This document shows positions 36,640-50,414 of a DNA stretch of 64,000 bases, piece after piece (the first letter of the stretch is position 1; each line of letters starts with the position of its first letter). The notes below the pieces were generated by a model. It was given only the letters and a program-made list of their open reading frames with translations. It had not been told where the DNA came from and did no database searches. The stretch is from positions 50,840,001-50,904,000 of the forward strand of contig OX597820.1 in NCBI GenBank assembly GCA_951406725.2, given 5' to 3'. Position numbers and translations under genes: made by a program. Source of the DNA: Octopus vulgaris (lineage: Eukaryota).

Positions 36640-38150
36640 AGTCCATGCTAAGTATATTAGCAGTGATATCTCAAATTTCATGAATCTATCTAGGATTCTT
36701 GCTGCGTATATGATGGCATTCGTTTGTAAGCCGATACTACTCATTTCATCTTCAGATTTTGGGGTCGAAGAGTAAGTGCTTTTTTCTAGGGAACCAATTA
36801 CTCTAAGAGAAATTATTACCTTTGCGTTTCACAATTTTAGCCTGTCTGTGGCTTGTTACTAATATTAATCTCATTTTCTTTGAAATCCAGTGTAATATAT
36901 TCTCTTGTTTTAGTTATTCTTTGCCATAATATCTGATCTTTTTTCGTATATTATATGATCAGTCTTTATACGGAAATCCTATAAAATTTTGTAATTAGCG
37001 ATCTGTAATACAGTCACCATCCACTTTTCATGTTACGTTTCGGTTTCAGTCTCCTCATACAATTTATCAACACCACGTACTCATTTCCCTATACATTCTT
37101 GCATGCGCTTACACGCGTTTTGCGTTAGATTCCACCATTTAAGTAAGGAAGAGTGATTTGTTTTGGTCTCCATTCCCACAAATTCTGCATTTACTTCCTA
37201 ACTGAGTCACAATCTTTGCCTTTATCATATTTATTCTAATGCTTCGTTACTGAGCGACTATAATCGACATTTCAAGTTGCTTCTTTCATGACTCCAGGTA
37301 TCAACTGAAACCAGCATTTTCTACTCGTAAGATTTCCGATTGGTACAGGAGTACGTTAAATAATTCCTCCTCTTCCCAACTGTTTGTTTGAGCCTTCATG
37401 TTCCCTGTTATATATTTTCTTACTGATTCAATTACATTTTAGATATTTTGGGCTACAGATATTATTCAATAATCACTGATCACAACTTACTTTGCCAAAC
37501 AACAGATGATAGTAATGATGGTATCTTCTGTGGCTCATAAAATTATGTTTGCTTGCTTCCTTTCTCAATAAGTAGGTGCTGGTGACATTTATGATGGTAC
37601 GCGAAATGTTTTGTGCACTGCTTCCTTATGTCTTCCATTTAATTTCTTAAAACCTTTATTTTACAACTTCATAAAATGAGTAGTATCTCTTTAGTAACAT
37701 TGTACATGAATTGATTGCTTTGATGACATTCACTTACTTTACCTTTGTTCCTAATCCTTTACTTCTACTCTTTGGGTTTTTTTCCATCCTATTATTTTTC
37801 TCACTTAACTCGTCATCCCTCAGCATTCCTAGGTATTCGTATCCTTCAGTATCTCTTCGCCATTTAATGATATCATCAAGCGGTATCCTAATACCAATGT
37901 ATTTAAACTTTCATCCCATCTTCATAATTAAACTGGGCACTTATTTATCCCAAATTACGTACTGATATCTTTGTTAAGTATTCTTACGGTTTGGAGTGGT
38001 GTATCCAATCCCTTTTTATTTTCGTTTACACTTTCAGATGATATATATGTAGAGCGGACTCTTAAAATACTCGTTTTAGCAAGATGATTGTAAGACTAGA
38101 ATTTTTTTCAGTGTACTAGTCATGGGGATTAACTTAACCATGAAAAGTAA
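36640..38150 (-). mobile_element. Very old R4/Dong-like RT-RLE relic
   Basis: Minus-strand GYEYLGML, IIVAQ, SKCRICGNG and VIGSL remnants in the expected order. Confidence 0.55.
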
Positions 38151-38639
38151 TTGAGAAAGCTAGTCTCACTGAAATATTTTCCCATTTCCAAATGACTCCG
38201 TCTACATTATATTTCTAGTTCCTAAAAGCTCATTGCATTTATTCCGGCTCAAAATCACTTGGTGTGAAATGCTGCCATCATTATCTTTTACTATCACCCA
38301 TCCTGGGTCTATAAAACAAATACCATTCAATTAGTGGGATGGATGGTGCCAAGTAACATTATCTCCTTAAAATTGTTGTCCTTGTACCTAAATCAGAATT
38401 TCTTTCCAGCATTGTATATTCAGAGTTTAAATTCCAACTTTTATCTGTCCATGGCCGATAAATTAAAGTGCTTGTGATGTACTAATAGATGTTATCAACT
38501 AATCTCTCTCCCCAAAGATGTTAGCATAAACCTGAATTTGAAGCCTCCACTACTATAATTATCATCATCAACATTATCATCATCCTCATCATCATCATCA
38601 TCAACTTCATCATAATATATACAGCAGTACACCATCCGT

Positions 38640-38750
38640 CTTTAGATTGTAAGTTCAGCGTCCGCCGAGGTCGACTTTATATTTCATTCTTTCAGGGTCG
38701 ATAAAATAAGTGCAATTTGAGCAATGGAGTTATCGACCAGCCCAACACAC
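38640..38750 (+). mobile_element. SINE fragment of the 18575 family
   Basis: ccgccgaggtcgactttatatttcattctttcagggtcgataaaataag. Confidence 0.65.
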
Positions 38751-41047
38751 AAAATATGCGGTCGCATCGCATTCAGGTTTGATACTCTGCACGTGGTATT
38801 TCTATGTTTATTATTTTTGACGTTGATTTTCTAGCAATAACAAGTCATTTGTTTCTGTATTATACTGAGCTATCCATACATTCTTCCGTATTTTTTAGAA
38901 TTCCTCTTTGATTTCTTGTAATATATTTAATATTTTATTGTTTTGTTTTGTGTAATTATACTTCACAAAAGTTCGTAAGATTTATTAGGCAAATTAATAA
39001 TTTATATCCTCAACTATTCTTTTAGAAGATACATCTAACCCTCAGTGGGTGTTCTCCTTTTTATAAAGTGGATGCCTTCAGAAGCGCTGATGGGCTTTAT
39101 GGGCTTAATTTTCCTGTGGTGCAGCGGATGTCTCTTTACTTTCTCCGATTGCTTTTGTCTTAATTTCAATGTACACAATGTATTTCACTTTATCCAATCT
39201 TTGCATTGTGCTTAATGTTTTGTTGCTTCTCTTAACTCACAATGTCCTCAGCAATGTCGTAATATGATGCTGTGAAATTACTGGTTGTAACAAAAGTGTT
39301 TACACTTAATCTTCGATAAAACGTTGCAGAAAATTTGGCGAATTCTTCAACCCTCTTCGAACCTGCACTTGATCAGGATATTTGCGGTATTGGAAGAAAA
39401 AAGATATGGGATCTGCTCTTATTATTGCTGATTCTGCCGTTATTCGCCTCTGTCTATCTCTCATGCTAATCCTTCGAGGCCGAAATTCTTTATCCCTCAT
39501 ATCGCAAACGCTCTCCTCCTTGCACCGCATATCTCATTGCTTTCCTCTTCTTCTGTACACTCAGAGAAACAAGGCTACGCAACGACCATATTGTTTTGGA
39601 GGGTGACTATGATTTGTAAGTTCAAATTATTACCTCCTAGCCACAGCGTAAATGTAAATCACGAATGTATTACAACCACATACACATCAATGTAAATAAT
39701 ATAAATTATAAAACAGCAAAGCTAACTGCTAGTCGCTGTACAGTGTGCTGATCAACGAATGCCGAACCAGAACATTGTAACCAAAAAATATTTACAGTAG
39801 AATGTAAGACACATATATTGGAATGGAAATTTTGAATTGTAGACTTCTTTAATATGACAATATTAATAGCGAAGTAAAGTATGATAGACCACTACTCTGC
39901 CACTGAATCAAGGAAATTATTTCCCGGTACTAAAACTTCACAATACAATAGTGAAAAGGAAACTTGGTCGTCACACACTTGATGAAAACATACATTATCA
40001 TCTGCAACAAAAGGTTAAACGAAATAACGCATGCAACAGACAGTGTAATTACAAAGAGATGTGAGTGCTCCTTCGCATTTATTCATGTTGGAAAACCAAC
40101 AACCGAACAAACCAAATGAAACGCTATCATAAATAAAACACAATAGAAAATAATAGAAAATAATTCTCAAGTCTTAATGAAATCAGTAACGGAACAACAT
40201 CACTGAAGTAAAAAAAAATATTGGCAGTATGAAGAAACTTTGCAAACAAAAAACTGTAGTATCTCGAAAAGAATCCATGTGAATAAAAAAAAACAGAAAG
40301 ATTCTTTGAACAAAACTAACATTCCAACAGCAATGCAAAATGGTTTTATCAAAAACGAGATAAAATACGTCAGAAACCATTGCAGTAACAAAAGCAAGAC
40401 AACAATTTCTGGGGTGGTGTATAGACAGAGATGTAATCACCTCAGAAGTGGTTGTTGAAACATAGCACATGAAACATTGCCGAAAGCCATAACAACACAG
40501 AAATTATTCTATACGCTTCTTAAAACAAGCGACTGCAATGCATTATCAGAAATTATTAGATTTCTGGATAGAATATTGAACAGGAATACGTAACGTGTTA
40601 GATGAGGACCTTCATAAAATACGGATGCCATAGGAGACAGCACCTATCTCCCACAAAAGAAAAAAGCCATAGAAGAATTGCAGAATAGGAAATCGTAAAC
40701 TCTGTATTTTCATAATGTATCTTCCGAAGCGTTAATTGAAATTATATCACAGAGGATAAATAAATATAATTTGTTTTCAGAAAAAATGTTTATCAGGAAT
40801 GGATGATGAAGGTATAAAAAATAAGACCTGTAGGAGTTGAAAGTAGCAAACCATGACATGTTTTGAGATCCAGAATGAGTTTTACAGTATTCCATACGAT
40901 TTCCTCCAGAGACATTAGCAATGCGTAATATAGTCACAATAATGACAACAGATATATGTAACAAATCATGAGTAAATAGAGAAATAAATGTGAACTAATT
41001 CTGCCTCATCTAAAAACAAGTGGTCATAGAATATATGAACATCTATA

Positions 41048-41662
41048 TTCTTTTCTACTCTAGGCAGAAGGCCCGAAACCTTTGAAGAGGGGCCAGTCGA
41101 TTAGATCAATCCCAGTACGCAAATGGTACTTAATTGATCGACCCCGAAAGAATGAAAAGCAAAGTCGACCTCGGCGGAATTTGCACTGAAAAATTAAAGA
41201 CAGACGAACTACCGCTAAGCTTTTCGTCCGGCGTGCTAAAATTTCTTATTTCTTTATTGCCCACAAGGGACTAAACATAGAGGGGACAAGCAAGAACAGA
41301 CAAAGGCATTAAGTCGATTACATCGACCCCAGTGCGTAACTGGTACATAATTTATCGACTTCGAAAAGATGAAAGGCAAATTCGACCTCGGCAGAATTTG
41401 AACTCCGAACGTAACAGCAGACGAAATACCTATTTCTTTACAACCCACAAGGGACTAAACACAGAGAGGACAAACAAGGACAGACAAAGGGACTAAGTCG
41501 ATTACATCGACCCCAGTGCGTAACTGGTACTTAACTTATCGACTCCGAAAAAATGAAAGGCAAAGTCGACCTCGGCGGAATTTGAACTCAGAACGTAACG
41601 GCAGACGAAATACCGCTAAGCATTTCGCCCGGCGTACTAAAGTTTCTGCCAGCTCGCCGCCT
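41048..41662 (-). mobile_element. Head-to-tail trimer of the 18575-family SINE
   Basis: Three successive copies of the ..cagtgcgtaactggtact..aaagtcgacctcggcggaattt core (~41048-41240, ~41245-41430, ~41430-41662). Confidence 0.85.
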
Positions 41663-44600
41663 TATATGAACATCTATATTCCAAGAAGGAACGTCTTGGG
41701 ACATAGCTGCGAATGCTAAGGAAGACAATGCCTTGTCCTTCGAGTAATCCGACGTTGTTTTTTGCCCATGTTAAATGATGTTGTGCAAATTTTTACCAGG
41801 AAAAAATGTTCATATTCTAATTTGATAAGTTCGTCTAAGCGCATATTGAAAGAAGAAAATTAAGTAAGACATCTAATATATAGGGGGAAAATAGAGGAAT
41901 AAGGGAAATACAAAATGATAGATATTTAGGAAACAATGAAATAAATATGGTACAATAGCTACAAATGAAAAATTATTGGGGAATGATAATTTAATAGCAT
42001 ACGAATGATACTTAACACAGCAAAAAATAATGGTAACAATATCCACGATCTAGTGGTTCCTGTAACAATTCATTGTTATAATCTTTCTCCACTTGACGCT
42101 AAACAAAGTCGCCGTTTTATAAAAATAAACACAAAACAAAAATAATCACCGTATTCAATATAGCCTATTCAAAATCTGAAATCAATAGATAAGAGATACT
42201 AGAGATATTGTGAGGTAGGGGCCTGAGGCAAGTTTTGAAGCATTATATAATATCAGTAGAAGGATTAAAAAAGTGTTTTGTAAAAATAATAGAATCTTAC
42301 GCAAATATTTCTGAAGAGAGAAAAATACTCAATATGCATGATATGTATCTTCAAAGTATTCAGCAAATAAAACAATTCGACTGTAAGGAAGTAGAAACTA
42401 CCGCAAACTTACTGAAACTCAGCAAAAATTGGACTTCAAAATATGGTGGTAATGCCAGTGTAAAGCCAATGTAAAGCTATGTTGAGACGACGTGTCATTT
42501 GCATGGCTATTAGCTAAAGGAAGCAAGCGTACTTAGTACACAAGAGATCAAGTTGAAATTGCAACACTGACTGAGAAAATATAAAGCAATGGATTTTTGA
42601 TTGGCCAGAAACTTAATCTTTTCAAATTACAAAATAGTAAAAGAGGGTAATATACTTGATCATTTCCTATAACTACCGCGTATGCACAGGCTGTTGACAG
42701 CAGCTAACCATATGAGTTTTTCCAACCCTGTTTTAAATGATAGGAAATCTACAGGTGGAAGAGATATTTGGCTTTCATACTCAGAAATATATCATCTTTA
42801 TGAAGCGGCATAAACCTAATAGATTCCTACATAGAAAAATGGAGTACGCAGTTTCATGTGGACAGGAATAGAGAAGTTAAGCCATTCTATCTAACAGTAA
42901 ATTCCAAGGTTATAATTGGTTTGATTTGTTTATGACGATCTCGCTATAGACCAAAAAAAAAAAAGAAGGAATGACTTCAAGACCGTTTCTAGTACCAAAC
43001 AAGACCAGTATAAAACTCCTGAATATGTGATTACAGAGCAAAGTGCAGATCTGAGGCAAAGATAATTCAACATGTTCTTTATTCGACATTTTTGTTTTAG
43101 TTCAATTAAGTTGTCTCCTCTTATCACAAAAGTTAGACTGAGCTCATGTAATGCTGTTTAGAAATGAAACGAAGATTTCTCCGATTTCTTTTCTGTTCTG
43201 TGACGCTGATAAACCAGCCACGCTAAAAAGATTATAATTGTTTATCAGACCTACTTTTATATCGATAGATACAACTATTGTCGACAGTATCTTCTGAATT
43301 CGATGTTGCTGCTCCTGAGACATAAGCTAGAAAATATTTACAGAATGAATGCTCATAGGCACAGCCAGAAATACTGATCATAAAGAAGAGTAGAGTGACA
43401 TGTATAAGAACCTTGTTCAAAATATTGGCACCTAAATTAATGTAAATATTCTACAATGAGTACGCCGATTTATGCAAAATATGAAATGATGTTTTAAAAT
43501 TATACCCCTTTATGTCAACCTTTTGAAAAGATTCTATAGTAAATCTTCGCTGAGAAAAAAAACAATAAAAATTTCAATAATTCACCTATTTAAATAAACT
43601 TAAAAATAACATATATTTTTCCTGAAAATTATGATAGTGGTAAAGCTAACATGTTTCTAATTCTTCCAAAGTCTCTATATCTAACTAATATTATCTTATA
43701 TTATTAAAGTTAATGTCTGAAATAAACAAACAGTTTGAACTAACAGTTTACCTTTTTGCTGTCAGCAATGTTATTCTTATCAAACTAAAGTGATTCTCTC
43801 TTTCTGTCTCTCTTTCACTCCGTCTCACCCGTCTCTCTCTTGGATTTATCGATGCTTCTCTTAACATCGAGTTAGAAGAAACATAATTTTAAGTATCATC
43901 CATCCTGTAGGCGTTTGCATACATCGGGCCTATTTTTAGAGAAGACAGTGATTCCTTATCTTCATTGCAATGTGGTTTAAAATTGGCGTTTATCTGCGAT
44001 TTATCTATCCATAGGTATAATGTGACAAAATTTCCACCTGCTACGAAAAACAATCTATCATTAGTTTGCATTACTTTTGGTTACATTGTGAACGCTCTTT
44101 ATGTCACTAAATATTTCGGCAGTATTACAATTTTACGGGATTTACTGCAATTATATTATCAGTGCCAAGTAAAAGCTCAACGTTAAATGTTAGGACTCAG
44201 ACAACGCTAACACTCAGCACCATGTAGAGAACACGAATCGTGGATCTATTGCTTGTAAATTAGAGTGTTATCACTACCGTACTCTGGAATTTCGTTCTAG
44301 TTATATTTTTATACAATGAAGGAAATGTGTTAAATAGTAGTGCGTATATATCAATCTGTATCAGAAGTCTTCGACTTTTCACTATAGTCTTATAACGAAT
44401 GACTTTCGGGGGGTCTTTCTTTTCATCTTTCCGAAATCGATGAAGCAAGTAGCACTAATATCAATTTAATGTAATATTACAACATATTTGTCACCTTGTG
44501 TCAATGGGAAAGGCGAATATATTCCCAATGATAAAATTCACTTCTATATAAACGAAACTATAAAATGCTGCTTAATAACAGGAATTTATCTATGTATTGA

Positions 44601-44957
44601 TTTGGTATGACAAATGTCTAAATATTTTAATTGCGTTATATTTAGCCAAATGAAATCTCATTCATCACATTTTCGTTTAATAACTTTGCATCTTATCATT
44701 TACCTAGATTACTGTTTGCAATATAAGTCAAGCTAAGACGAATATTTCCTTTGGTTACACTTACATTCTTTTGACAATAAACTTCCACGAAAATTGATCT
44801 CTAAGGGCATGCTAATAGTTGAATTAAATTTGTCCATAAAATATGCTTCGGAGTGTGGGTGTATATATATTCACATGCACATGCGTATATATATTGATTT
44901 ATACCTTAAGGTATCTTTCTCTCTCTTTCTCTATCTCTCTCTCTCTATCTATCTTTG

Positions 44958-45004
<47 letters not shown>

Positions 45005-45041
45005 ATAAGACAGAAAGGGGAATATATGAGAATTTATTCTT

Positions 45042-45131
45042 GATACGACAACTGTTTCGACACATCTAGAATCGATTCCTCAACAACTGGTTCAGGAACA
45101 TAAGGTGGTGAAGATGTATCTCGTCGGGTGT
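45042..45131 (-). ncRNA. Type I hammerhead-like motif with long stem II (PLE terminal repeat)
   Basis: rc: acac CCGACGA gatacatct..agatgtgtc GAAA cagttg TC gtat. Confidence 0.6.
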
Positions 45132-45439
45132 TAAACAAATGCAATTCTTTAAAATGACTGTTCCGCAATGTAACTTTCCGTTTTGTAGAGAGAAAAGCAG
45201 CCAGACGGAAGAAATATATTTATTTATATAGAAGATCAAAAATAAAATCACAGATGGCAAAAAGAGAAACGAACACACAATCCAGCGAGAAAATTGTGTT
45301 TATCGGTATGTGCGTATGTATAAGTATGACTACATACATACACAAGCACGCATATTCATGCGTACATGCCTGCTGAACTCTACACAGTCTTTCTCTCTCC
45401 GTTTATTATTCCTTTTTTTCAATTTCTCTCTAAATTTTC

Positions 45440-45575
45440 CTCTTAAAACTTTCTGTGGAAGAGCGTAGGCTCGAAATGTACAAGACTTTTCCATTTTTCC
45501 CCAGCGTTAGATTAATACACCTGCTTGTTTTACCTACAACTCTCTTCGTCTTTCGTTTTATGTAAACATGAACTG
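45440..45575 (+). mobile_element. PLE terminal-repeat relic, same family as 10700-10835
   Basis: tgtggaagagcgtaggctcgaaatgt...tcttcgtcttt shared with 10709-10812. Confidence 0.55.
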
Positions 45576-45697
45576 TATATATATATATAAATATATATTT
45601 ATATACCCTGTTTATAATTGTACCATATGGCACACACACACACACACACACACAAACACATACACACACACACACTCACTCACACACACATATATAA

Positions 45698-46088
45698 TGA
45701 AGTATAAGGAAGGGACAAATTATAAGTGTAGACGAACTGTAATTCATAATGCAAGATGGTACAGATCCAATATAAATTCTACAAATTGTTTCAGAGTCTA
45801 ATTAATTCCAAAGACAAAAACGAGAACTCTCCGTGAAATAAAAAATAGATACTTCATCAGGAATTACATACTGCTATGAATAATCACCAACAAGAAAAAT
45901 ATACAAAGACCTTTCATAGCGCAGACGGGAACGAACAAAATATTTTCATGAAGATTTTTTCGTTTTTGTCTTTGGAATTAATTAGACTCCGAAACAATTA
46001 TTACAGAATGTATATTGGTTCTGTAGCAACTTGGATTATGAAGTAAAGATCATCTACACTTACAATTTTCCCTTTCGTTATACTTCAT
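45698..46088. mobile_element. ~140-bp-arm inverted repeat with an HHR (45775-45866, minus strand)
   Basis: 45698-45840 vs 45941-46088 share gagtctaattaattccaaagacaaaaacga; rc: aattc CTGATGA ag..ct GAAA caatttg TA gaatt. Confidence 0.65.
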
Positions 46089-47704
46089 TTAATGTTTTTG
46101 CAAATACTGAATATATATTTTTATATATAGTCTTTATTTAGATTGTACCGGCGGACCTGGATTTTTGACATCACTTTGAAGGATTTCTGTCCTCACATCT
46201 TTTATATATATATATCATTTTACTTGAAGATACGTATAAATATTTATATGCAAACATGTGCTTATGTGTGCGCATGCTGATGCAGATATTCATCAAATTC
46301 AGCTTGCATAACTTCAAGTTTCAGAACAAATATTGGACAAATATTTAAGAAATTGGAATATATTCATAGATATTTTGCTAGTTCTACAAGAGCCTAATCC
46401 CACCTGGAGTAAATGAACACCAAAGGTAGGCGATTGGTGACACATTTTTCCCAATCGAGCAAAACTTTAATAAATGTTATTTCATCGCTGCGAATGTGGA
46501 TACTATACGTTCAAACATTTTGAGCAAATAGGATGAAATTCGAAAGAAATTGGATTGTGTTTTCAGCAATACTCGGGGGACAACGTGCATTCTCCCTCGT
46601 TGAATCCGAGAAATATACGTACAGATATCAATAGTACGAATATTCTTATAAACATGTCAGTAATAACTTTATGTGCAGTTTCGAGAGCTTCGTGTGCTGC
46701 GCAACAATATATTCAGTGGATTTGTCAAACCATTTTAGGAAATGTTGACTTATAGCCATTCCCAGTGAATTAAATATGTATTGCAATAAGAACTGACGCA
46801 TTTATAGAAGGAGAGCTATTTTCTACATGAAGTTCTATGCACATAGCTAATATGAAAGAAAGCAGGCGTATGCATACATACATGCACAAATATATATGCA
46901 TACAGATATATACATATATAAATCTGTAATATATATATATATACATATATATATACATGCATATATATATATATACATATATTTGTATATATGTACATAT
47001 ATATATATAATATATATATGTATGTATGTATGTATATATATATATATCAGTGTGTGTGTCTGTATTGAGGGAGAGAGAGAGAGAGAGAGAGAGAAAACAG
47101 ACACATAGCATAAGAAAGGAGAGTGAGTAAGGAGATAGAAATCTAAACTATCTTACAATAAAGCGGAAGCTATGGCCCTGATGGTACCAGAGAGGGGTCC
47201 AATCAATGTGTTATAACATGGAACTTTAATTGAATTATGAAGCGATTTCAAGCGTCAATCTTTCAAAATTTCTGCAGTAGTCAGTTACAAAAATTATGTG
47301 TTATTTTCCAAAATTTGAGAATCTCGGAACTGCAGCAACGCTCTTTCTCTCTTTTTTCAAATGTATTTTATGTGATTTGTACATATTACGATGTGATATG
47401 TGAATTATCAAGTAAAAACGATTCCAACTGAGATAATGCACCATATCCAAGTGAAATTATCCTTCCATTTTATGAGAATATTATTTTAGAGGAATAAAAT
47501 GTGTATATGTGTATGCATACGTACGTATACATATATATATCTGTAATTCAAAGCGCATATACGATTACACGTTTATTCACGCACAAATTAGAAAATCGGA
47601 TCGAAGGATATATATTCTAATTTAGATCAAAATGTCTATGTATGCTGTACTAATACACATTTATGGATATATATATATATATATGTTTGTATTCATATAC
47701 ATAT

Positions 47705-47829
47705 ATATGTTTGAGTGTGTGTATGTATATGTAGACATTCATGCCCACGTAAAGACAAATATACATACACACACACACATATATATATGTATAAATATAT
47801 ACATATATATATATATGTGTGTATATATG

Positions 47830-47885
<56 letters not shown>

Positions 47886-47957
47886 CGTGTGTATGTATGT
47901 AAATTTGTCTCTATGTGGGCATGAATGTCTACATATACATACACACACTCAAACATG
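47705..47957. repeat. Palindrome of unique plus microsatellite sequence around a (TA)n core
   Basis: atgtttgagtgtgtgtatgtatatgtagacattcatgcccac vs gtgggcatgaatgtctacatatacatacacacactcaaacat. Confidence 0.88.
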
Positions 47958-48681
47958 TGGAAACTCCTGATATGCGCATATTGATACTGTAATATTCTGT
48001 CATACACCCACTCTCTTGTATATATGCGTGTATGTGTAAGTGTCTGTAGTATAAGAATATATATAATTAATATAAATGAATATACATATTTTATATGTGT
48101 ATATGTATATATAAATATGTATCTTTATATTTATATAAGTGTGTATGTATATGTGTGTGTGTTTGTGCATGTGTTATTAATATAATATATACTTCAAAAA
48201 CATTTTACGGATGTTCAATCTTCAATGCTTATCTGAAAACGTTTTTGGCAAATGGGCGATATATCTGTAGCAATCTGATTGATATGTGCGGAAATCGTGG
48301 CTAATGTACATGGTAGAAATCTCAGCTTTCTCAATAGATATTATATGGTAATGCATTGCACGAAAAATACATCGGCACTAACACACTTATTTAACTATTC
48401 ACGTGTGCACAGAAGTTGACATACACACATAAACGCTCCCAAACACGACTACTCACGTATACGTATCATATATAAGAGTATGCATGAACGAAAGCCATCA
48501 TGTTAATATCTCATTAAACATTCAAATAGTCTTATTTTACATTAGCAAGTTCACGTACACACATATGTTCATGGCTGCATGTATACACGTCTAGATACAC
48601 ATATAATATGGAGGAAAATATTCCTTTACATAAAGATCATGCGGATGCGTATGTTTACTGATAGCACATAGATTCATGTCC

Positions 48682-48713
<32 letters not shown>

Positions 48714-48750
48714 ACATATATACAAACACCTGTATATATGTATGTGTTTA

Positions 48751-48783
<33 letters not shown>

Positions 48784-49844
48784 CTGTGTCTCTGTGTGTG
48801 CACAACGTCTCATGGCATTTTTTCTACATTATAGATGAGAAGGTAAGAAATAATCATGGGATACAAAAAACGACGAGTATTGAAGTATCTAGATATGCAT
48901 TTATGTATTTCATAAAACGTGAAACGTTGTGAATTGTATTTCACAAAGATTTAATGTGATGTAGCTAGATTTTAGTTAACACTATGTACTTTCACCAGTG
49001 CAAAATATTCTGTGAATATATATTTTATTTCTTATTGCAATGAATTGAGGCTGTTATACTAAGGCTTACGTTGGGGTGGGTGCTGTTTAAGCCTTGGGTA
49101 TTAAAGATTATCTTACTATCGGATTGTGCTGGTTAACTATGAGCAAGGCACGTCAGTAGCTTATAGACTGAAACGGACATGTAACAAATACTACTTTTCA
49201 AATGAACTTAGAAATGAAATGTAATGAAAACAATGAAAATGAGCTTGTAAATTGGTATTTAAAAGGAAAATAAAAATCTGTGGCAAATATTACAAAGAAC
49301 AAGATTCTATCTAACTCACATGTTTCTGAAATTGTTTCTATGGTAAAGCAAAATACAATTAATACAGATTATGTATATCCATTTCCTTAGGATGTCATGC
49401 TTGAAATAATACTGTTTTGTATTCATGTTTATAAGTACGCAAATAGACACAACAATATTTTCATACACATATCATTAAAATAGCGTTTACATGTGTGCTT
49501 AGTTGAAAAGTTAGAGTAAGAACAATATACGCAATAATTTTATATTTTTAATAAAACGTTTCAAGCAAAGTTTCTCACATATTGAAAATCTTTAAAAGAA
49601 TCCAATTTGAAAATGTCTAACACATGGTTGGTATTGTTAAAGAATGACTAAATTGATTTTAGCAGTCATTAACAATATCACTGGTAACAGAATAATATCA
49701 CTTCACTGTGGTAGATACACGGATGTTATATTCAGAATCCTCTCCCAAATACAATACTTTGAAGACACATAAAAATTAACAAATGCAAAGCAACAGAATG
49801 TGATTATACGACAGGAAATATGTTAGTTAAACTTCAAAATTTTA

Positions 49845-50245
49845 TCATCATGAATTGGAGAAGGGTTGATAACGCAAGACCATATTCATCACAAATTGCA
49901 CAGGAATAAATATTGGATTTGAGCTGATCTGTTCTACCCTTATCCACCATATTCACCAGACCTAGAACCAAATGATTTCCATAATGTTCGCTCTCTTCAA
50001 AATGCTCTGGTGGGAAAAACACTTTCTCAGCAAGATGAGGTGAAAACGTATTTGCAAAGCTTCTTCATGTCGAAGTCAGCTGAATTTTACATGGGAGGAA
50101 TAAAAAATAAACTTCCTGATCAATGACAAGGGATCATTCAAAATAATGGCAACTATATTGATAACTGATAATAATTCTTTATAAAGTTTAATCATAAGTA
50201 ATGTAGTTTAACAAAATCGGAAGTTATTTATGACTCCACACTCCA
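49845..50245 (+). mobile_element. Mariner transposase 3' relic with right TIR
   Basis: DNARPY..HPPYSPDLEPNDFH..RSLQNAL (YSPDLAPxD motif). Confidence 0.8.
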
Positions 50246-50414
50246 TAATATTCTGTTACCCCTGATATGTGTATGTGAGTGTGAGTGTGTGTGTATGTGT
50301 ACATGAGTGTCAAAATAAATAGGTATCAATATTTCTCAAGAGCGATGGAAAAACAAAGGGAAACATTTTGAAAGAAAAATAACATTTTTTACATTTCACG
50401 GATATTTGTACTCA

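Noticed and set aside
43232-43420. ORF with a signal-peptide-like N-terminus
   Set aside because: Starts at TTG, is short, and has no supporting family motif or clear splice context
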